This document shows, in pieces, positions 47,555 through 55,285 of a stretch of 64,000 nt of DNA. A program made the translations under genes and the position numbers. The DNA is from an uncultured Alphaproteobacteria bacterium. Its GTDB lineage: Bacteria > Pseudomonadota > Alphaproteobacteria > HIMB59 > GCA-002718135. Under the pieces are notes generated by a model, which worked only from the letters and a program-made list of their open reading frames with translations, was not told the origin of the DNA and did not search any database. Each line of letters begins with the position of its first letter. Within the stretch, counting starts at the first letter, position 1. The stretch covers positions 762-64,761 of the forward strand of contig CACNAF010000004.1 of assembly GCA_902618385.1 (NCBI GenBank), in the 5' to 3' direction.

Positions 47555-48589
47555 ATGAAGCACAGCACATTCTTATTATTCATCTTTCCTTCATTAAGTG
47601 TAATGTTTTTATTTATTGCAATACCTATAGTTTCTGTTTTTATTCAATCCCTACATATAGAACATAAACAAGTAATAATTGTTTCAGAAAATTGTGATCC
47701 TTTTGGATGTGAGACGACAACATCTGTGGATACTGAAGCTTCTGCGAAGTTAAAAGAAAAAGCACCTCTTGGTAAATTTAATGGATTTAAAACGTATTCA
47801 AACAGAATGCATTTTGCATTTGATGAAATAGGAGAGGCTTGGAATAGCTCGGATAGTTTTATAGTTTTTGTAAAAAAAATATATAATTACCCCTTATATA
47901 GAGCGCTTAGCTTTACTCTTACTTACACCTTTGTAGTTACTCCGTTTGTTTTATTTCTTGGTTTTTTAGTTGCTCTTGGAGTCAATAATCTTCCTAAGTT
48001 GTTAAAAGGTCCAACAATTTTTGCATCTCTTCTTCCAATGATAGTTACACCTCTTGTGGGTTCATTGATATTGTTTTGGATGGTTGATGGCGATGGTGTT
48101 ATTGGAGCCACACTCCAAAAATTATTTAATGATAATTCTCTGAGCTTGAAAGCATCACCTGTGCTTACCTGGGTCATGTTGATGGTCTATGGTATATGGC
48201 ATTTGATGCCGTTTAGTTTTATTGTTTTTTATGCAGGTCTTCAAACAGTTCCTCATGAAACAATTGAGGCAGCAACTATAGATGGTGCATCTAAATTTCA
48301 AAGAACACGCCATGTCGTTATTCCTCATTTAATGCCACTTGCTATTTTTATAACTTTAATACTTTTAATGGATAATTTTAGAGTTTTTGAACCAATAATA
48401 AGTTTTAGAGCAGAAGCCCACGCTACCTCAATATCCTGGTTAATATGGAATCATTTGCGTGAAAGTGCTTACCCTCTATATAATGCAGCAGGCGCAACAT
48501 CTATGATTACTATTTTTTGTGTAGGAATTTTACTTTTGCCAGTGCTAATTCGAACATGGAGAGATTTTAATGAAAAAAATAAGGGTTAG
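47555..48589 (+). CDS. CUT1 ABC transporter permease (UgpA/MalF-like)
   Basis: 344 aa. Multi-TM protein with the EAA loop region ETIEAATIDGASKFQRTRHVVIPHL. Confidence 0.85.
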   Translation: MKHSTFLLFIFPSLSVMFLFIAIPIVSVFIQSLHIEHKQVIIVSENCDPFGCETTTSVDTEASAKLKEKAPLGKFNGFKTYSNRMHFAFDEIGEAWNSSDSFIVFVKKIYNYPLYRALSFTLTYTFVVTPFVLFLGFLVALGVNNLPKLLKGPTIFASLLPMIVTPLVGSLILFWMVDGDGVIGATLQKLFNDNSLSLKASPVLTWVMLMVYGIWHLMPFSFIVFYAGLQTVPHETIEAATIDGASKFQRTRHVVIPHLMPLAIFITLILLMDNFRVFEPIISFRAEAHATSISWLIWNHLRESAYPLYNAAGATSMITIFCVGILLLPVLIRTWRDFNEKNKG

Positions 48590-48595
48590 AAATTT

Positions 48596-49477
48596 ATGAA
48601 TACAAAAATTGAAAATAAATTAACCCCAGTTCGAATTATTGCTTTTGTATTCGTGGCTCTTTGGTTGATTGTTGCTATGTTTCCTTTTATCTGGACATTG
48701 TGGGGGTCTTTTAAAGTACAAGCTGATTTTTTTTCAAAAGCTGACTGGGCAAATGCAATATTTGGCTTTCATACTGAAAAACAAACAGGTAATTTTTTTA
48801 CTATTGATGGATATTATGGCTCTTGGATAGAAGAGGAATTTTGGCGCGCTGTTATTAACACAAGCATAGTAGTATTTTTTACAGTTTTAATTTCTCTTAC
48901 ATTTGGAACTTTAGGAGGCTATGCTCTTGCAAGGTCTACTTATCGATATGCCTTCTGGATTTTAATGGCAGGTCTTATTTTTCGTGCGATGCCTCATATG
49001 ACTTTAGTTTCAGGATATCTTCAACCTTTTTTTGCTTGGAATGTTTGGGGAATTTTACCTACAACAATAATTGTACTTGTTGCAATTAATCAGCCTTTTA
49101 CTCTGTGGATGTTACATTCATTTTTTTTAAATATACCAAAAGATTTAGATGAAAGCGCTATGTGCGATGGCTGTAATAGATTTCAAGCATTTAGATATGT
49201 GATCATTCCTATAATGTGGCCGGGTGTAATAACTACTGGATTATTTAGTTTCCTTCTTGCTTACAATGATTTTACAGTTACATCTATGTTGCTTTCAGAT
49301 GAAAATGAAACAATGATCCCAGCAATTGCTAGCTTTTTAGGTACCGTACAGGAAGAAGGTAAAGTAATGTATGCTGTAGCTGCCGTTGTTTCAGCAACTG
49401 CTCCATTATTCTTTCTTGTAATGTTTTTTCAAAGACAGATTGTTAGCGGATTAACAGCTGGAGCAGTTAAAGGTTAA
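48596..49477 (+). CDS. CUT1 ABC transporter permease (UgpE/MalG-like)
   Basis: 293 aa. EAA loop DLDESAMCDGCNRFQAFRYVIIPIM. Confidence 0.85.
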   Translation: MNTKIENKLTPVRIIAFVFVALWLIVAMFPFIWTLWGSFKVQADFFSKADWANAIFGFHTEKQTGNFFTIDGYYGSWIEEEFWRAVINTSIVVFFTVLISLTFGTLGGYALARSTYRYAFWILMAGLIFRAMPHMTLVSGYLQPFFAWNVWGILPTTIIVLVAINQPFTLWMLHSFFLNIPKDLDESAMCDGCNRFQAFRYVIIPIMWPGVITTGLFSFLLAYNDFTVTSMLLSDENETMIPAIASFLGTVQEEGKVMYAVAAVVSATAPLFFLVMFFQRQIVSGLTAGAVKG

Positions 49478-49482
49478 AAATT

Positions 49483-50556
49483 ATGAAACCTGAAGAGTTA
49501 AAAAAATATTTTGAAAATTATCAATTAGCTACTCAAAATTTTAACAAAAATTCAATAAAAAATTCTCTAGTTAAATATTTTTCTGAAAATTCGGTGTTTC
49601 ATTTCTGCTATCCTTTTGGAACATTTAATGGTTTAGATAAATTGTTAACTAATTGTATAAACCCCCTTTTAGATAGCATTCCTGATCTTGAAAGAAGAGA
49701 TATGATTGTTATGGCAGGCACAACACCTGAAGGTAAAGATTGGTTAGGCACTATGGGCAATTATATGGGAACTTTTTTAAAATCATTTTTAGATATTCCG
49801 CCAACAGGAAATTTAGTTCATATGCGTTATCATGAGTTTTTCCAAATAGAAAATAATCAAATTATAGAAATGCAATCAATTTGGGATCTACCTGAATTGA
49901 TGATGCAGGCAAATGCATGGCCAATGAGTCCTCAGCTAGGATCTTTTTTATGCACACCATCTCCTATGACAGGAGACGGCTTAAAGATAGAAGGTGATGG
50001 ATCAAAAAATTTTGACATTGTAATAAATATGCTTCGAGATATGGTTTTACACCCTAGTAATCCAAATCCACAAGTTATGAATTTAGATAAATATTGGCAC
50101 CCCAGATTTAATTGGTACGGACCAGTTGGAATTGGCACAGCAAGAGGTATCGAAGGATTTCGCCATTGGCATCAAATACCTTTTTTGCGTGCAATGCCTG
50201 ATAGAAAGGGAGGCTCATCAAATGATAGTTTAAAAAATGAGGGGTTGCAGGATATGCAAACACATTGGATATATGAAGGCGATTATGTTTGTGAAACTGG
50301 TTGGCCAAATATGCGATCTACAATTTCTCAAGATGGATGGATGGGTATTGCTCCATCAAATCAAATTATAGAAATGCGGAGTTTAGATTTTTGGAGATTA
50401 GAAAATGGTCTTATCAGAGAGAATTGGGTTTTAGTAGACCTTCTCGATGTTTACCAGCAAATAGGTGTTAATGTTTTTGATAGAATAAAAGAATTTAACA
50501 AAGCGAGAAACATTGGAGATATTAATATTTCTAAAGGACTTGGGTCAATAAAATAA
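49483..50556 (+). CDS. Tandem SnoaL-like/ester-cyclase NTF2-fold protein, paralogue 3
   Basis: 357 aa. Shares with paralogue 1 the strings (S/A)(I/F)PDLERRD, TGDG, WYGP.GIGTARG.(K/E)G(Y/F) and (R/L)IRENWV..D.....QIG. Lies directly after the permease genes, where an ATPase gene would be expected. Confidence 0.6.
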   Translation: MKPEELKKYFENYQLATQNFNKNSIKNSLVKYFSENSVFHFCYPFGTFNGLDKLLTNCINPLLDSIPDLERRDMIVMAGTTPEGKDWLGTMGNYMGTFLKSFLDIPPTGNLVHMRYHEFFQIENNQIIEMQSIWDLPELMMQANAWPMSPQLGSFLCTPSPMTGDGLKIEGDGSKNFDIVINMLRDMVLHPSNPNPQVMNLDKYWHPRFNWYGPVGIGTARGIEGFRHWHQIPFLRAMPDRKGGSSNDSLKNEGLQDMQTHWIYEGDYVCETGWPNMRSTISQDGWMGIAPSNQIIEMRSLDFWRLENGLIRENWVLVDLLDVYQQIGVNVFDRIKEFNKARNIGDINISKGLGSIK

Positions 50557-50598
50557 TAAGTTATATGATTTCTTGTTCCATAAAATTGAAAGGATAAA

Positions 50599-51258
50599 AT
50601 GGATTATAAAGCACTTTTATTTGGATCTATTGGAACACTTATTGAATCTTCTAATATTCAACGTAATTCATTTAATGAAGCTTTTAAAGAAGCTGGTCTA
50701 GATTGGTATTGGGATGAGCAAGATTATAAAATTTTGTTAAAAAAATCTGGTGGGACAAAAAGAGTAGAAGATTTTGCTGAAAAAAATAATGTTAATGTAA
50801 ATGCTTCACAAATTAGAAATAGAAAAACAGAAATTTTTAGTTCATTCATTATTAAGAATAAACAAAAATTAAGAAAAAGTGTTGATGAGATAATTAAGTA
50901 TACAAAAGATAACAATATTAAACTTGCTTTCTCAACTTCTACAACTTTAAATAATGTCGATGCAGTATTTGAAAGTCTTTCTAGTCAAATTGCTAAAGAA
51001 GATTTTGACTTTATTGGCAATAAATCGTTTGTTAAAAATGAAAAACCCCATCCAGAAATATACAAAGTAACTTTAGATAAACTAAATTTACACCCAGAAG
51101 ATTGTCTTGCAATAGAAGATACTGAAGAAAGTAGTAACTCTGCCGTAAACGCTGGAATTAAGTGTATAGGGTTTCCAGGAGATTATCACCTAGAAGATAA
51201 TTTTCAGATGTGCATCAAAAAAATGAATTTATTAGATCAATCTATCTTTTCATTGTAA
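50599..51258 (+). CDS. HAD-fold protein (beta-phosphoglucomutase-like subfamily) lacking the motif-I aspartates
   Basis: 219 aa. Motif I reads LLFGSIGTLIES instead of FDxDGTLxDS. Motifs II (FSTST), III (KPHPEIY) and IV (EDTEESSNSAVNAG) are recognisable. Confidence 0.65.
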   Translation: MDYKALLFGSIGTLIESSNIQRNSFNEAFKEAGLDWYWDEQDYKILLKKSGGTKRVEDFAEKNNVNVNASQIRNRKTEIFSSFIIKNKQKLRKSVDEIIKYTKDNNIKLAFSTSTTLNNVDAVFESLSSQIAKEDFDFIGNKSFVKNEKPHPEIYKVTLDKLNLHPEDCLAIEDTEESSNSAVNAGIKCIGFPGDYHLEDNFQMCIKKMNLLDQSIFSL

Positions 51259-51270
51259 ATAATCAGATCA

Positions 51271-52038
51271 ATGTTTCTAAAAAATTTTAATGTAAAAAAT
51301 AAGACTGCTCTTGTTACAGGATCAGGCAAAGGCATCGGTAAAGCATGTGCTATAGCATTAGCAGAAGCAGGTGCAAATGTAATTATTCTTAGTCGTACAG
51401 AAAAAGATCTTTTGATTGTTAAAAACAAAATTCAAAAACTCAAAAAGAAATGTAGTTATTATGTGTGCGATGTAACTAATTTAAAAGAAATAAAAAAAAT
51501 ATTTTCTGAAATCAATAAATTAGACATTTTAGTAAATAATGCTGGTACAAACAGACCTGAATATTTTACCAAAATTAAAAGAAAAGACATGAGTGAAGTT
51601 GTTGATCTTAATATTAAAGCATCATTCGATATTGCTCAATTAGCTACAAAAGTTATGCTTAAATCAAAAAATAGAAAAAAAATCGGTGGATCAATAATAA
51701 ATATCTCTTCTCAATTAGGTAAAGTTGGAGCTCCTCTTAGAAGTGTTTATAATATGACTAAATTTGGCGTTGAAGGTCTCACTAGAGGAATGGCTATTGA
51801 TTTGTCTAAATATAACATTAGAGTTAACTCTGTTTGTCCTACATTTGTGGAAACACCAATGGTCAAAAAATTTTTTAAAGATAAAAGTTTTAAAAAATCT
51901 GTAATTGAAAACATACCTTTGGGGAAAGTAGCAACAGAAAGTGATATTGCTAGTGCTGTAGTGTATCTTGCTTCAGATGCCGCATCAATGATGACTGGTT
52001 CATCACTAGTAATTGATGGAGGATGGACAGCTAAATAA
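51271..52038 (+). CDS. Short-chain dehydrogenase/reductase (classical SDR)
   Basis: 255 aa. TGSGKGIG cofactor motif, NNAG, catalytic S...YNMTK, and PTFVETP. Confidence 0.9.
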   Translation: MFLKNFNVKNKTALVTGSGKGIGKACAIALAEAGANVIILSRTEKDLLIVKNKIQKLKKKCSYYVCDVTNLKEIKKIFSEINKLDILVNNAGTNRPEYFTKIKRKDMSEVVDLNIKASFDIAQLATKVMLKSKNRKKIGGSIINISSQLGKVGAPLRSVYNMTKFGVEGLTRGMAIDLSKYNIRVNSVCPTFVETPMVKKFFKDKSFKKSVIENIPLGKVATESDIASAVVYLASDAASMMTGSSLVIDGGWTAK

Positions 52039-52045
52039 TCAAAAA

Positions 52046-52903
52046 TTAATTTTCTTTATTTATAAAATAAGTTGCTACGATTACAATTACACCACCAATA
52101 AAAGTAATTAAAGTTGGTATTTCATAAAAAATTATAAATGTTAACAACACACCAAATACAGGAAATAAAGCGTAAAATGGAAATACTCTATTAACAGGAT
52201 ACATCCTATACAAATAAAACATCGACATATGTGCAGCAATTGAAACAAAGATACCTGAATGCAATATTAATAACCATGACTGAAAACTAATATTTTTTAT
52301 TTCGTTTATCGTTTGTCCTTCAAATATTGATGATGAAATAATTAGTAATACAAATCCAACTAGTCCCATTACTGCATTTGTGAGAGTAACTTCTAAATCT
52401 TTTAGGTACCTGGAAAATACTTGTGCACTAGCATAGAAGAATGCCATTAACGTTATTAAGATTAATGCAAAAATTTCATTTCTTATCAATGGATCAAAGC
52501 CTAACAAAATAATGCCAAAAAAAGAAATAAATATAAGTACCCATTTTTTAATACTTACTTTCTCTTTTAAAAAAAATGAGCTTAATAATATTGCAAATGG
52601 TACAGCCAGTTGAGAACCAATAATTATCGGAGAAACTATGTTTGCTTCATTTAAAGATAATGTCATAAAAACATTTGCCAAAAAACCCATAGAAATTGAA
52701 AAAAAGAGAAGTGGTAACCAGTATTTTTTTTCAGGAATTCTAAATTGCCAAAAAGGCAAAAGACATATGAAAACCACTAACATTCTTAAACTTCCCATTA
52801 ATAATGGGGGAACATTTTCATTAAAAATAACTTTCTGAACAGGGTAGGCACTTCCAAATAAAAAAGTGATTATTAAAATTAAAAAGTAATGTCTTAAAAG
52901 CAT
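52046..52903 (-). CDS. EamA/DMT-family transporter
   Basis: 285 aa, about 10 TM segments, two EamA-like halves. Downstream of pta on the same strand. Confidence 0.8.
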   Translation of the reverse strand: MLLRHYFLILIITFLFGSAYPVQKVIFNENVPPLLMGSLRMLVVFICLLPFWQFRIPEKKYWLPLLFFSISMGFLANVFMTLSLNEANIVSPIIIGSQLAVPFAILLSSFFLKEKVSIKKWVLIFISFFGIILLGFDPLIRNEIFALILITLMAFFYASAQVFSRYLKDLEVTLTNAVMGLVGFVLLIISSSIFEGQTINEIKNISFQSWLLILHSGIFVSIAAHMSMFYLYRMYPVNRVFPFYALFPVFGVLLTFIIFYEIPTLITFIGGVIVIVATYFINKEN

Positions 52904-52926
52904 TCGAGCTAAAATTTATTTTCTAA

Positions 52927-53826
52927 TTAGTTATTTGCAGCAACTACAGCTGCCATAATTGACGCAAGTTTAGAATTTTTACTATCTGCTCTGCTAGGGA
53001 CTACAACTGGTACTTTACCACCAATTACTATTCCTGCCGCACAAGCATTCATAAAATAAACCATTATTTTGGACAAAGAATTTCCAGTTTCTAAATTAGG
53101 TACTAATAATACATCAGCATCACCAGCAACATCATTATTTATTCCTTTTATTTTAGCTGCTTCCTTAGAAACAGCATTATCAAAAGCAAGCGGTCCATGA
53201 ACAAAAGCATTAATTTTTTCTTCTAACGCAAGTTCCATAACTTTTTTGGCATCTACTGAACTTGGCATACTGTCAATTGGATCTTCTGTACCTGATAAAA
53301 TTGCAACTTTTGGTTTAGTAATATTTAATTTATTACAAAATTGAACAGCATTTTTAAGAATTTGTAATTTTATATCAACTCTTGGTAAAACATTTAAGGC
53401 GCCATCAGTAATAAAAAGGGGTTTTTTAAGCTGTGGCGTAGTCATATGCCAAATATGACTTAATCTTCTACCATCAAGTAAATTAAATTCTTTTTTTAAA
53501 TAAGAGCGCATTAAAATATCAGTATGAAGATTCCCTTTAATTATGATTTTACTTTTATTTTCATTAGAAATTTGACAAGCAATTGATGCACTATCCTCTT
53601 CATCTTTAGCCTCTACAATATTAAAATTAGAAATATCCAAACTTAATTTTTTCGCTGTTTCAGTAATTAAACTTTTATTTCCAATTAAAGTTGGATCGAT
53701 GAGGTTCATATTCTTACCTTCAATTACAGCTGATAATATGCTTTCTTGATTGGGGCACACAACTGCTGCTGGTATGTTAGGAGTCTCTAAAGCTTTACTT
53801 TTAAGATCTTCTGGTAATGTGCTCAT
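52927..53826 (-). CDS. pta: Phosphate acetyl/butyryl-transferase (short PTA_PTB form)
   Basis: 299 aa. PTA_PTB family features (IIKGNLHTD, FITDGALN, GDADVLLVPNLETGN, PVVVPSRADS). Its partner enzyme Xsc is in the window. Confidence 0.75.
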   Translation of the reverse strand: MSTLPEDLKSKALETPNIPAAVVCPNQESILSAVIEGKNMNLIDPTLIGNKSLITETAKKLSLDISNFNIVEAKDEEDSASIACQISNENKSKIIIKGNLHTDILMRSYLKKEFNLLDGRRLSHIWHMTTPQLKKPLFITDGALNVLPRVDIKLQILKNAVQFCNKLNITKPKVAILSGTEDPIDSMPSSVDAKKVMELALEEKINAFVHGPLAFDNAVSKEAAKIKGINNDVAGDADVLLVPNLETGNSLSKIMVYFMNACAAGIVIGGKVPVVVPSRADSKNSKLASIMAAVVAANN

Positions 53827-53944
53827 ATTTGATATTCTCTCTATACCACTGCTACAATTTTTCCTATGATATTTCTTTATTGTGTAAGAAATATTCTTTG
53901 ATTTATCTATAATTTCATATACTCAATCTTTAATAAGGAAAAAA

Positions 53945-55285
53945 ATGGACTTAGAAAAAAGAACAGAAATACCTAATTCATTAGAAGAACATTGGATGCC
54001 ATTTACATCTAATAGAGATTATAAAAATAGTCCAAGATTAATGGTTAAGGCAGAAGGTGTTTATTATACTGATCATTATGGAAATAAATTAATTGATGCT
54101 AGCTCAGGGCTATTTTGTAGTCCAGCGGGTCATTCAAGACCAGAAATAAGAGAAGCAGTATCAAAACAATTAGAGCAATTAGATTATGTTCAACCATTTC
54201 AACAAGGTTTTGGTGGTTCATTTGATTTAGCTAGAAAAGTTTCAAAACATACACCCGAAGATTTAAATAAAATATTTTTTACTATTTGTGGTTCGTCAGC
54301 TGTTGAAACAGCAATTAAAACAGCCATAGCATATTTTAAAGCAAAAGGAGAAGGTCATAGATCTCACATAGTAGGAAGAGAAAGAGGTTATCATGGAATG
54401 AATATTGGAGGAATTTCTGTTGGTGGAATGATTGCTAATAGAAAAACTTTCTCAAATATTCTCATGCCAAATGTACATCATCTAAGACATACTCATTTAC
54501 CTGAAAATTTATTTGTAAAAGGCGAACCTGAAACAGGTGCTGATCTAGCAGATGATCTTGAAAGAATTGCTGGTAACATAGGTGCTGAAAATATTGCAGC
54601 ATGTATTGTAGAGCCAGTTGCAGGATCAACAGGAACTTTAGTTCCACCAAAAGGATATTTAAAAAGATTAAGAGAAATTTGTGACAAACACGGAATTCTT
54701 TTAATTTTTGATGAAGTTATTACTGGTTGGGGAAGAATGGGTGCTCCATTTGCAGCTCAAGCTTTTGATGTTTGTCCAGATATCATGACAATGGCTAAAG
54801 CAATTACTAATGGCGTTGTACCTTTAGGGGCAGTAGCTTCACGTGATCATATCTATGATACTATTGTTGATGCATCACCTACAGGAGCTATAGAATTTTT
54901 TCATGGTTATACTTATTCTGCTATACCAGTTTCAATGGCAGCAGGTTTAGCAATGCAAGATATAATCGAGAAAGAAGATTTATTTAATAGAGCAAAGGAT
55001 ATGTCTCCATATTTCTTAGATGGTTTATTTTCGTTGAAAGACTTAGATATCATTACTGATATAAGAGGATATGGAATGATGGGAGGAATTGACATTAAAA
55101 TGGATGAGCGTTTAGGCAAAGCTGGATATGCTTGTTTTAAAAAATTATTTGAAGCAGGCTTAAGCTTGAAAGCAACAGGTGATTGTTTAATTGTTGCACC
55201 TCCATTTACTTGTGAAAAAAAACATATTGATGAGATAATTGAAAAATTAAGAACAGGTATCTCAAACTATATGCATGACAGATAA
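53945..55285 (+). CDS. Class-III omega-amino acid/taurine:pyruvate aminotransferase
   Basis: 446 aa. HWMPFTSNR..., GYHG, LIFDEVITGWGRMG, and MAKAITNG (PLP Lys). Close by eye to beta-alanine/taurine--pyruvate transaminases, and coupled to ald. Confidence 0.85.
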   Translation: MDLEKRTEIPNSLEEHWMPFTSNRDYKNSPRLMVKAEGVYYTDHYGNKLIDASSGLFCSPAGHSRPEIREAVSKQLEQLDYVQPFQQGFGGSFDLARKVSKHTPEDLNKIFFTICGSSAVETAIKTAIAYFKAKGEGHRSHIVGRERGYHGMNIGGISVGGMIANRKTFSNILMPNVHHLRHTHLPENLFVKGEPETGADLADDLERIAGNIGAENIAACIVEPVAGSTGTLVPPKGYLKRLREICDKHGILLIFDEVITGWGRMGAPFAAQAFDVCPDIMTMAKAITNGVVPLGAVASRDHIYDTIVDASPTGAIEFFHGYTYSAIPVSMAAGLAMQDIIEKEDLFNRAKDMSPYFLDGLFSLKDLDIITDIRGYGMMGGIDIKMDERLGKAGYACFKKLFEAGLSLKATGDCLIVAPPFTCEKKHIDEIIEKLRTGISNYMHDR

